Shown piece by piece: positions 29,812-43,690 of a stretch of 58,309 nt of DNA. The position numbers and the translations under genes were made by a program. Origin of the DNA: Sminthopsis crassicaudata (taxonomy: Eukaryota); NCBI RefSeq assembly GCF_048593235.1, contig NC_133620.1:451637261-451695569 (forward strand), given 5' to 3'. Within the stretch, counting starts at the first letter, position 1. Every line of letters begins with the position of its first letter. Under the pieces are notes generated by a model. That model was not told the DNA's origin, ran no database searches, and saw only the letters and a list, made by a program, of their open reading frames with translations.

Positions 29812-32769
29812 TCATTGACAGCACTTGGCTCTTTTCTTACTGGTCGTCAGGTAGAGGTTGCTGTCATTGCTGTTGATCCCTAAGGGAGGAGATGGGAACG
29901 AGGCCTAATAAGGCACATGTAGAAGGGCTCTCCCGGGAGCCCCCTCCCTCCTCACCCTGGGCATTTCTCAGAGTTTGAACCTGTAACTTATTAGATGTTA
30001 GTTTTTAGGTATGTGATATGATTTCATTTTGTTTTTATCACACCATGTATTATTCTAGTGCTGAAGTCTTTTAATCAATAAAGGGCACAGCAGGGCTGTC
30101 TGGGGCACTTACGAATGATGTCTCCTATACGCCGGGCATCCGTCTTCTCGAGTTCAGCCAGCACGTTGGCTTCGAAAGTTAGCGCTGCCACACGGAAGAA
30201 GAACTCGCGCACGTTCTCGCCTGGCAAGGGGAGCAGGTGCTCAGAGCGGGCACCGGAGTGCCAGGGAGGGGCGGGCGGGTCACAGTAAGGATCCAGGGGA
30301 CGGGGGCAGGTGACAATTGGACTTCAGGCATTAAGGTGCCCACGGGGCGAGAAGTATAGGTGGCTTTATGGAGCGTGGGACAGATAAATGGGACAGTGGA
30401 GGGGGACATCAGAGGTACCAAGGACGGGCATTGGAAGGAACCCAACAGGGCAGACACAGAATGGAAAGGCGGGCAATGAGGCAGATGGGTGCTGCAGGGG
30501 AAAGGACTGGGGATTCCTCAAGGCCCAAGAGGTAGACCAGAGACTCCTGGCAGACATGGCTGCCAGCCGAGAGCGCCCCACAAGAGGCTGTGCCCACAGC
30601 TCACCTGTGAGAGATGAGACCGCCCAATACTCAGCCTTCATCTCCTGGGCCATCTTGACAGCATCCTTCTCCATTAGCACATACTGAGCTGGAGTCTGGC
30701 AAGAGAAGATTGTTAATGGACTTGGGACCCGGATCCCTGCTCCTCCTGAATCCCAGCCCCTCCATCACACTCACGCTCAAGTCCTTCTTGGAGCCCACGA
30801 GGAACAGCAGCACGTTGGAGGGGTCGTTCTCCTTCAGAGCATCGGCCAGCCACTGTCTGCCGGGAGGAAAAGGCGAGGCTTCCCTACCCATCCCACCTCT
30901 CTCCTCCTCCCACACCTCTCCAACCTCGTTCCTGAGGTCATTCGTTGCCTACTCTGACCACCTTCCTCATGACCAAGAGCCCCTCCCTCTTCACCCTTCT
31001 CCCCCAGTATCGTACTTGGTGTGCTCCAAGGAAGCCACGTCGTTCAGGTTGAACACAATGATGATAGCTGAAGGAAGGAGACATGGAGATGCAGTCAAAC
31101 AATTAGGAACGACTCTTCCTCCCCAGGGTCCCCCCATCCGGCCCCCTGAGTCCACCCCTCCCCTGCCAGTACCCTTGAGCACGGGCTCCCCTCACCTTGG
31201 GCTCCGCGGTAGTAAGTAGACGCGATGCATTTGAACCTCTCCTGCCCGGCAGTGTCCCAGCTGAGAGAGAGGACGCTGCATGGGTATGGGGCCCTGAGGA
31301 GCTAGAGGGGCTTGGGGCACGGGACACTCAAGGACGAAGGAAGGGGGGTTGGGACATCAGGGGCAAAGGGGGATTTATATGGGGCCTTAGGGCAGAGAGA
31401 GGTACAGGAGCCAGGACTCAGAAACAGGAAGACAGGGGAAACGGAGGCGGGTCCGGAGCATCGGACACAGAAAGGTGAGTAAATTACAATGGAAGCGGAG
31501 GAGGACGGGACACGTAGACATTCGAAGTGTTGAAAGAAGAGGCTATGGGCAGGTGAGCCCCCAGCATGGAGGCAGAAGGAGATAGAGCCGCAGGGATGAA
31601 GGTACAGGTTATCGAGGCACAAAGGACGCAGGTACAGTGATAGGAATGGGGAGTGCGATGATGGTGGGCGTTAGGAGGAATGAGGAGACCCACACAAGTA
31701 ATCAGGGGCAAAGCTGCATGGGTGGGAGGCCTCAGGGCCGCAGAAATGAGTGCAGACAGGAAAGAGGGGAGAAGGGGGGGATCAGGTGGTGGAGCGCCAC
31801 TTCCAACTCTTACGTTGTAGGTGATTAGTGTGAGAAGGACAGATTAGGCTTCTGGGAATGAGGGCAGAGACGGCCTGGCAACAGCGAGGAGAGAGTACTC
31901 ACAGCTGCAGGCTGAAGGGGACTCCCAGCACCTCGAACCTCTCCATCTCAAAGTCTACCCCGATGGTAGCCTTGTAATTCTTGTCAAAAGTGTCTTTGCA
32001 GAACCTGAAAGGAAGTGGGGAGAAGCTGGGAAAGTGAGATCATGACTGGAACCCAGCCTCAGCTCCCCACCCCAGTCTCTCCCACTCCCCCACTTATCTA
32101 GGGGCTCGTGCACACTCCCAATTCCCCCACTCCTCACCTGTTAATGAGGCAGGTCTTCCCCACAGACAGGTCCCCCACAACGATGACCTTGGAGATTTTA
32201 AACCTACTGAGAAGAAGAAGGCGGTTAGTATCTAACTACTCCCTGCTCTTCCAGAGGCGGACTTGTCCACTCTGGTTCCCGGGGGGAGGGGGAACTGCTC
32301 AGAGGGAAGAAGAAATTTTGGGATGGAGCCCAAACCAGGCATATCAGGTCTCCCTTCCCAAGCTAAGGGGGAAGAGGGGGGAGGAGGTGATTCTATGGGG
32401 CTGGGACACTCTCCAGCACAGTGAATTGTGAAGGACACAGGGGCACAGAACAGTCCTCTGTGAATGGAGTGACCCCTTCTTATCCTTCCCCAGTAGCACT
32501 CCCTGAAGTGGCACAGTTTGGGGATCCAGTTTCCAGCCCACAGCCCCCTTATTCATTCCCCTCCCCAGTATTCCCAGTAAGTGCCAAAATGACGTCACTC
32601 CTCAGTCAGAGAGATAACTGTATTAATTATTAAATTAATTTTGTGTTAATTACAATTGTATGCACTACAATATGTCTTCATATATGACAGAGTACAGATG
32701 TTCTAAAGTCTGTACATCTGAAGGATTGCGGGTGTTGATCCCTGGGCAGTGATTTGTATATGTGATGAT

Positions 32770-32804
<35 letters not shown>

Positions 32805-34396
32805 TGAGGCAATTGGGGTTAAGTGACTTGCCCAGGGTCACACAGCTAAGAAGTGTTAAGTGTCTGAGACCAGTCGGGTCCTTCTGACTTCAGGGCTGGT
32901 GCTCTATCCACTGCGCCACCCAGCCCCCTGTGGTGATGTTCTGATTGTAGGGCTCCCAGGGATATTTAATGATGCTAACTCCCAATAGTATTTTATTTTT
33001 CCAAATTCCTGTAAAGAGTTTTCAACATTCATTTTTGTACAGCAAATTTTTCTCCCTCTCTCCATTTCCTCCCCCTTCCATAAGACAGAAAACAATCTAT
33101 TATAGGTTAAATGCAGGCAATCCTTTTAAACATGTCTTCATGTTTGTCACGTTGTACAAGAAACTCAGACCAAAAGGGTAAAAAGCAGAAGAAATAAAAA
33201 GCATAAAAACAAACCAACAAAAGTGAAACTACTATGTTTTGATCCACATTCCACATTGATCCACATTGATTCCACATTGATCCACATTGACTTCCAAAGT
33301 TCTTTCTCTGGGGGCATATTCCCGCCCCAGTCTAACGATGTTATCTGACCTCCGTTCCATCCCTAACTCCCAAGATCCCACAGACATCTTACACCTCCCC
33401 CACGTCCAAAACTGAACTCTTTCCCTTCCCTATTATTGTCTAGAAACAGGCTTGCAACTTAGGTGACATCATCAATGTCTCCTCTCTCTTACCCGCCAGT
33501 ATCCAAGGACACTACCTTGTTAATGCAAGCAGGATCTTTGCAACAGGCTGCTGGTGAGCCTCCTTGCCTCCAGTCTCTCCCTACCTCCATCCTCCACTCG
33601 GCTGTCAAAGTGATCATTTCAAAGCGTGGGCCTGACCATGACCCCCCTATATTCCATAAACTCCGCTGGCTCCCTGTACCTACAGGATACCAAACCCTCT
33701 GGCTTGCAGAGCTGTTTATAACTTGTCCCCTCCAACTTTCTATTCTTCTCACTTGCCCCCCGGCCCATTGGCCCCACTCCCACAAACACTACACATCCTG
33801 TGATCCAGTGACCCAGTGATCAACACTACACGGGACATTCTATGTCCCCAGGCTGGCCCGAAGACCTCATGCCCATCCCTGGCCTGCCCGCTCACCCCGT
33901 TCTTCAACGCCCAGTACTCACCCCACGGTGCCCGTCCTCTGCTCCTGGCATGCATTGCTGACTCGAGGGTGGAAGGTTCTGTTGGAGTGGAGGGCAGCCT
34001 CCTTCCTCATGCACTGGAATGGGAGTCGGGGAGGGGAGGGAGAGGAGAAACTGGGAGGAGGGAGGACCACGCCCCTCCCCACCCCGCAGAGCTGCCAGGC
34101 AGGACCACCCCGAAGCCGCCTAAAGGGAGCCAAGGGCGGGCTGCCCGGTACCTCCGTCCCAGACAGCCCCACCCAGAAGGCCGATTGTAATAACACAGCT
34201 GGGGAATCCAGGAGTGGTCCGCCTTCTTTCTCACCCCTCCCGAACAGTCCCAATCCCCCGGGGCCTATGGTGGGGAGGCCGGAGTTCTCGCCCCTTCGCC
34301 CCCACCGTTCGGAACAAGTGACAGAGCGTCCGGGACACCCACCTGGGGCAGCTCGGCCAAGACCCGGTCCCTCCGCACTGGAGCCAGGATGTTCAT
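29812..34396 (-). CDS. RAB34: Ras-related protein Rab-34, 10 coding exons, 259 aa (260 with the alternative acceptor)
   Basis: Exons (minus): 34396-34343, 34013-33922, 32203-32138, 32004-31903, 31260-31196, 31067-31016, 30856-30775, 30695-30605, 30220-30113, 29879-29812; 780 nt. MNILAPVRRDRVLAELPQ start, GDLSVGKT P-loop, WDTAGQE, GSKKD, C-terminal KKRAKCCQ prenylation motif. First coding exon has an acceptor at 34419-34421; likely upstream non-coding exon donor AAG|gtaagg at 35622/35621. Confidence 0.97.
32775..32928 (-). mobile_element. WSINE1-type SINE with 28-nt poly(A) tail and TSD, RAB34 intron 2
   Basis: T28 at 32774-32801; TSD TGTG(A/G)TGATGTTCT at 32761-32774 and 32929-32942; small internal deletion in the B-box region. 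Confidence 0.9.
33020..33320 (-). mobile_element. LINE-1 3'UTR-like fragment (antisense)
   Basis: aaattttt ctccctctctccatttcctccccct...aaacaatct..tataggttaaa...gatccacatt...ttctttctctgg, recalled from marsupial L1 3' ends. Confidence 0.5.
33340..33830 (+). mobile_element. LINE-2 fragment
   Basis: ccacgtccaaaactgaactc...ccttgcctccagtctctccc...aaagtgatcatttcaaagcg...ctggctccc, L2-like. Confidence 0.65.
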
Positions 34397-34889
34397 GCTG
34401 TCTCCCTGCAGCAGCGGACTGGAAAGAAGTGGGGGGGAGGGGGAGGGAAGCCTGAGAAGTGGGACAGGCAGCCCCTCGGCTCTCCCGCCCCTGGTCCAGG
34501 GTGCCAGTCGTGCCTAACCTACAGGGAGCCTCATTCTGGGGGAGGGGAAGCCCCAGCCAATAACCTGGGGCTTCCAGAAGGCCCTACCTTAACAGCAGCG
34601 GCAGAGACCCCTCCCCCAATACGGGGCTCCCAACAATGCACCAGAGCAGGGATTTGGGGAGGACCTTTCCCAAACCAAGGGTGGAAGAGATCTCTTCGTT
34701 ACTGGGTGGGGGCGGGGCGGGGGGCCAGAGATGACAGAGAATCCTCTAAGTAAGCTTCTGGAGGCCGGACGGGTCAGCTTTTGTTTTCGGTCCCAGGCTG
34801 GGGCGGGAGCCGTGCTGCTAAGTGCTGGTTGATTCCCCGAGAACTAAAGTCCTGCCAGAGGGACTTTTAAAAAGTGGGATGGGGACCCG

Positions 34890-34987
34890 CCCTGAAGTCA
34901 GCAGGAGTTCAAATCTCAGAGACAGGTCCCAGCTGTGTGACCCTGGGCAAGTCACTTAACGTCAGCAATCGCCTCAGGGAAAACAAA
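34890..34987 (+). mobile_element. Truncated WSINE/MAR-type SINE
   Basis: ccctgaagtcagcaggagttcaaatc...agctgtgtgaccctgggcaagtcacttaac. Confidence 0.7.
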
Positions 34988-36319
34988 GTGGGACGGTGGA
35001 AGAGCTGCGGGCGTCCGAAGAACCCGGGGAGCAGCCCCATCGCCCAAGCTGGGCTGGGAGGGAACAAAGGCGGCGTCGGAGGGGCCGGAATCTGCCTGGA
35101 GGGAACTTGGCATCTGGCCCCATTCCTTCCCATCCGACCGAGGAGAAAAGAGCGGCGGAGGCCGGGCGCGCTAGATCGCGCAAAGATCGTGTGGGAGTTG
35201 CAGTCGGGACTTGAACCCGGGTCTTCTGCTTCCAAGCTGGGTTTTGCTTCCCTGGGTTCTGCGCGCGCTGCAGCCCTGAGCGCCGGGCTCGCGCTGAAAC
35301 CCGATCCCCGGAAATTCCAGGCCCAGAGAGGCGCCCCCCGCCCCCTCCCCCCTCCGCGCTGGACTCCGGGATTCTCCGGCTACTCGGAGGAGGAGGAGGC
35401 TGTTACCGGGCCGCCCCAGGGGCTCTCCCCATCCCCGGGGTCCCTCCCCATCCCCGGGGGCCGGGGACCAGAACTCGGGCCACCCGGACTGATCCGCCCC
35501 CGCAGCCCCCGCTCCTCCGGGCGGGCCCCCCCCTCGGGCCGGCCGTGCCCGCCGGCCCTGGATGCGGCTCGTGCCCTCGGACCGCGCACCGCTCCGCACG
35601 TGGGTCGCGGGGACCCCTTACCTTCGGAGCGCTCCCACGGACTAGGCCGGGATCGTTTGGGAGAAGGAGGCTGGCCAAAGTTCTCAGAACAGGCGGGTCG
35701 GGGAGGGGAGGAGGGGACGAGAGAGGGAGGAAAGGAAGGAGAGAGAGAGAGAGGAAAGGAGGGAGGAGGGAGAGGGGGGCACAGGGCCGAGGGGCGGCGC
35801 CTCCTTCTCCGACTCCGGGCCAGTGAGTCACAGTCTGCCGGGCTCTCTCCCCTCCCCCCGGGCCTTTTCGGGGGTCTGCGGTGGGAGGTGGGCACGGCCG
35901 GTCCCCGACCCTGAAGCACGAGAGACTCAGGGCCGATGAGCCAACAGCTACCACGGCCCCCTTCTCCATACATTCTCCAGCCCCATCGCCCTTTTTTAGC
36001 AGGACGATGTCTCAGAGCCCGTGGAAGTCTGGATGCTTCCTTAGCCCCTCTCGGTCCAGTAAAGTACACGCCCCACCCCCTTCCATCCCCCCCCCACTCC
36101 AGCTCTAAAGCTAGCGCCTAAACACAAGTTTCCCTTTTGCTCCTTGATTCCATGGAGGGCTGGTGGTCTGTATCCAGGAACAGCCCCTCAGCTCCTCTTC
36201 TTTGAGAGAAAGTTAGAGATGCGGGGAGAGCTTCTTTCCCCCTTCTAGGCGAGGCCCCCGCTCCGTTCTGAGCCGCCTCCCAGGAGCTTTCCGAGGCCGC
36301 GGAGAGACGGGACTGGGGC

Positions 36320-36340
36320 GGGGGGGGGGGGGGGGGGGGG
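36320..36340 (+). repeat. G21 homopolymer
   Basis: Seen directly, preceded by GGGGC. Confidence 0.9.
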
Positions 36341-36596
36341 AAGGCAGTCCCGAGCACGAGCCGGGCTCCGAATGTCCGGGAAGCGGGTGAGAAGGATTCG
36401 CTCGGACGACCTCGACGCCCGGGAGGAAGCGGAGCGGCCCCGGCTTTTCCACGGTTTACAGACTAGGGATGTGTCCGAGAGCAAAGTCTCAGCGAGGGCG
36501 CCTTCTGTCATCCCCCGGCCGCTCCCTGGGGGGTTTCCACTTGTGCACATCTCTCACTGACTTTCGTCAGTTCCCTTCTCTGCATCTGTCTCTTCG

Positions 36597-36755
36597 GGTT
36601 TTTTTGTTTTCGTTTTTTCCCCCCCGAGGCTGGGGTTAAGTGACTTGCCCAGGGTCACACAGGTAGGACGTGTTAAGTGTCTGAGACCAGATTTGAACTC
36701 GGGTCCTCCTGAATTCAGGGCTGGTGCTCTATCCACTGCGCCCCCTAGCTGCCCC
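36597..36755 (-). mobile_element. WSINE1-type SINE, full length, with TSD, between the RAB34 and RPL23A promoters
   Basis: Intact A/B boxes; TSD TGTCTCTTCG at 36587-36596 and 36756-36765. Confidence 0.92.
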
Positions 36756-37390
36756 TGTCTCTTCGTATTTAAAAATTAACACAGGATAGATTGGAAAACA
36801 AAACATAAAGGGGAAAAAACCATCCAACCCTCCTTTCCCTCAGACATCCTGATTCTGTTTCTGCCCCAGAGCTCCGTCACTCCCCCTCCCCCTCTGCATC
36901 CACAATCTCCATTTGTCACTTTCAAGTTCGTTCTGTTCTGATTTTGTCATTTCGTTCAACTTTTTTTTTTTTTTTTTTTTAACGGCTACTAAGTCTAAGG
37001 CACATAAGTGAGAGAGGGGCGGGGCTGGCCGAGGACTCTGGGGGTAGTCACGGGACTGAGGCGGAACGCGGGCGCTCGGGCCAGGATGATCCGAGCGCGA
37101 CCCGCAGCTGAACAGGTAAGGGGCGTCTGTGACGGCCCCGAGCAGTCCGGGAGTCTGCAGTATCCGGCCCCGCGAACAAGCCTCACAAATGCTGTCACCT
37201 GACTAAATGATGCTTAGGACAATGTAACAAGAAGAGTCTCCTCAAAGACTGAGACTCAGATCTCTCCCGGCTCGTAAGCCCACGGTCTCCCCGCCCTCCA
37301 CTCCGGGCGTCCAGATAAAGCTGATAACCAAAGGAGCTAAGTAGTGAGCTCCCAGCCAGCCGCCAGCAGCCCACCACGTGTCTGGAAGAA

Positions 37391-37643
37391 ACTACATTTC
37401 CCGTGAAGCCTCGGGATGGATTGACGTGTGCTCAATCCGGCCCTTCTCTTTCCGGTACTGAGGTAGAATTTGAACTACTAATCCCGAAAGGCCTTGCGTC
37501 GGGTTTTCCCTACTACCGCATAAGCACGCTCCCCTTAGTCTCGGACTTTTTCCCACAGTCCCCTTCGGAGGTCTCGCGAGATTTGAGTGAGAGTTAGCTC
37601 TATAAGCTCGTGGGAAGCAGCACGGAAGCCCCTTTCCCCCAAG

Positions 37644-37650
<7 letters not shown>
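37391..37650 (+). promoter_or_regulatory. RPL23A: RPL23A core promoter: ZNF143/SBS-like motifs, TCTCGCGAGA, TATA-like box, ETS site, TCT/5'TOP initiator, YY1-like motif
   Basis: ACTACATTTCCC 37391-37402; ACTACTAATCCCGAAAGGCCTTGCG 37474-37498; TCTCGCGAGA 37572-37581; TATAAG 37601-37606; CGGAAG 37623-37628; pyrimidine run CCCCTTTCCCCC 37629-37640; AAGATGGCGC 37641-37650. Confidence 0.8.
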
Positions 37651-40735
<3,085 letters not shown>

Positions 40736-40762
40736 GCTGGGTCCAGCTCTCACTTCACCAAC

Positions 40763-40768
40763 AATAAA
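40763..40768 (+). terminator. RPL23A: RPL23A polyA signal AATAAA
   Basis: 28 nt after the stop codon, giving the short 3'UTR typical of ribosomal protein genes. Confidence 0.85.
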
Positions 40769-41542
40769 AAGTTTTCCAGTATATCACTGTGCTGTCTCTC
40801 ATGGAAGTTCAGGGTGGGCCAGGATGGGAAGAGGGGTCAATGGTAGTGGTACTTTCATTGGTCATCCTGTCTGTTGGGTGGGTTACTCAGCCTCCCCAGA
40901 CCATTTCCTTCCACTGTTTACATTTTGTAGTCCTGAACTTGTGACGCCATCACCCCTCTCAAAGCCTGACAACTGTTTACTCCCAGTGGAGCACTAGAAG
41001 TCAGGGGAGGACTGGTGGGAGAGAACCTGGCTGCTCTTTGCCTTGCTTTGGGCTTAAAAACGCCTCAGAGAACTCCTTGAAATCTTGAACATTTTAGTTT
41101 TGTTCTCTGCCCATCTCTAGGAATTAGGGATAAATTAAGACCCCTTTGGTGGGGATGAGATGTCCTCAAGGAAGAGATTACTGACCTAGTTTCCAAGCAA
41201 AACAAAATTCCCCCCCCCCCTTTGTGTGTTACAAAGCTTTCACCTGATCCTTATTTACCTTCCTTCCTAGCCCAAGTCTTACCTTTGTTGTCCCAAGAAA
41301 ACAATGAGTCTCCCCAATCCATAAGTTTTTCTAATGGAATCACTGACTTCCCTTGACCATAGAAAACACAGGACTTCCAAGGAGGATGCTTTTGGATTTG
41401 AGGGGTGTTTTTGTGTTTTTATGTTTTCAATAGTACATCTAAGCTGGTAGCCAAATAGGGAGCTGTGCTTCCTCCCCCACAACTGGGGGATGCTAGGCCA
41501 TGTGGAAAGTCTCTACAGTTAATAAGGATGGACTGCACCTAT

Positions 41543-43690
41543 TCAGTCAGTCAGAAACTTGTCATTGTTAGGCCGAAGGGAACCTCTATCTGGGCAGAAG
41601 TCTGATCGAAGCAGGCGGGAAAAGTAGGTGAGGATCATCAGGTCCAGCAGCAACAGGATGGTGAGCAGAAAGGCTCCCAATGTCCTCTGCCCCAGGTACT
41701 GAATGAAAAAGCTGGTGAGGTAGGCCTGGGGAGCCAGGCGGAAGAGGAAGTACATCACCAGGTTGATGTACTTGTTGATCTCGTAGAAAACATGGTTCTG
41801 ATTGTTGCTGAGCTTCATCAACATTCTTATGGTGAGGAAGATGTTGCTGACCTCCACAAAGAGGGTCATGACACCCCCTGCCACAAAGCTGCCCTGAAAG
41901 ATTCCGGAGGCAAAGGCAAAGATGGCCTAGGAGAGAAGAAAGGTCAGTAGAGGACCATCCAGGGAAGAGAGGGATACCTCAGTGATGAGCCCCTTTCTTC
42001 CCAAGGAGTCAATGCAGCAGGAGACCTGAGATCTTGGGTTTTTAATAATATCTATGCTTTGGTTATCACATGTCTGGCTTCTCTGCAGTCCCATGTATTC
42101 TACAAGAACCCTTGCAGCTTCAGGAAGGCCAGGGGAAGCTTGGTCTTGCTTCTAGTGCTGCAATCCCTCTTCACCCACACTAGCCACCTGTGTTCTCTCC
42201 AGGGCACAGAAAGCTGGTAGACCCGGTCAGACAGCCACAGTGGGCTAGGCTAAAGGGTGGGGATACAAAGACAGGACTCTCCTGAGGGCCCAGCCCAGAT
42301 CCTTGTCATGGGATTTCAGGTCTCCCCCTCCCACAGAGCTCTGGGACTTTGAGGGGCAGCTAGGTGGTACAGTGGATTCTGGAGGACTTCAAGTCTGCTC
42401 TCAGACACTCAACATTTCCTAGCTGTGTCACCCTGAGCAAGTCACTTAATCCTAGTTGCCTCGGGAAAAAAAAGGAAAAGCAGGACTGAATTCAGTGTCT
42501 GGCAGTATTGCACATGGAGGCTCCTGTTCTTTACCATTTTTAAGGGGATTGTCAAAGGTTTCTGCCTCAACTAGAGAGGGGAATTCCTTCTCACATCCAG
42601 AATTAGCAAATGTGTCCAATTAGGAGACCTTATTGGAGGAGTGAAAAGAAGCTCCGCCCTAGTGGCCGAACTGCTCAGACTATGCCAGGGGTATTGTAGC
42701 CCCTATCCCTGCCCGACCAATTCTCCCAGAGCACGTTAGAACACTGGGGGGAAAGGCTTCTGGGACAGTCTGTTCCTGCTAGGCCAGTATCCGGGAGGGG
42801 GACCAGAGCTGACCCAAGCCTGCTGACTCTGATAAGGGCTGCCTCGGCCTTCCTGGCCGCTTCCTCCCAGGGCCTCTGCCTCACCAAGACGTGGTGCACC
42901 AGATATTCCCACGACGCCCGAGCCTGGCCGCTCAACACGATGTCCAACGTGTCATGGATAAAATAGCCTGCAGAAGGGGGCAAGCAGAGAGGCCATGTGA
43001 CCGGCCCTGGGGTCTCGGGCCCCCCGCGCCCCGCCCCCCGCGGGCTCCCCAGCCAGCACCTACCGGTGGAGAAGCAGACGAGCCAATAGCCGGAAAGGGA
43101 CGAGGCGGTCTCGAGCTCCACCAGCATCTCCGGGGTCTGCCAGACGCTGTGGGCCAAGGGGGAGGGGGAGATCCCTCATCACCCCACTGGCCCCGGAGGG
43201 CCTGGCTCTCAGAGGAGGGGGGGGGTGTTCCGAGAAGCCGGCCCTCCCGATTGGCCGCTGGGAGAGGAGGGGCGGGGTCGGGCGCTAGGCGGGGCCTGGC
43301 GGGCGTCCAGGTGCCTCCGGTTTCCCAGGTGAGAGTTCCCCCTCGCCTCTGGGTCCTTTCCCACCCTCGGCCCCCGCCCTGCTCCCGCTTGGCCCGGGTT
43401 CCAAAAAGGGAATCAGGTGAGAGTGCCGGGCTCACCCCGCCCCTCGTGAGTCCCGGAGGAGCCGCGGCCCCGGCCGGGGTGGGCCCCCTCCCCACTCACC
43501 AGAGCAGAGCCCAGAGTCCGGACACGATGGAGTGGGCGAAGGAGACGAGCAGGTTGTGCCAGCGCCAGGTGCGCACGGGGTCGCCTCGCACGTTGGTGGG
43601 CAGGGGCAGCCGGGCCAGCAGCAGCAGGGCGGCCCGGAAGGTCAGCGTGGTGCCCAGCAGCAGCAGCGCGGGGGGCACGGTCTGGAGCAT
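41543..43690 (-). CDS. TLCD1: TLC domain-containing protein 1 (calfacilitin), 4 exons, 246 aa
   Basis: Exons (minus): 43690-43500, 43146-43064, 42967-42885, 41926-41543; 741 nt. RTWRWHNLLVSFAHSIVSG, GYFIHDT, WEYLVHH, VEVSNIFLTIR, YFLFRLAPQAYLT, ends DKFLTD*. Confidence 0.96.
42353..42473 (+). mobile_element. WSINE1-type SINE with internal deletions, TLCD1 intron 3
   Basis: ggggcagctaggtgg...ctcagacactcaacatttcctagctgtgtcaccctgagcaagtcacttaatcc...A-tail. Confidence 0.8.

Noticed and set aside
34874-36069. Long ORFs on both strands (346, 229, 188 aa) at the RAB34 5' end
   Set aside because: CpG-island artefacts; one begins inside a SINE; none shows NARR-type nine-residue repeats.
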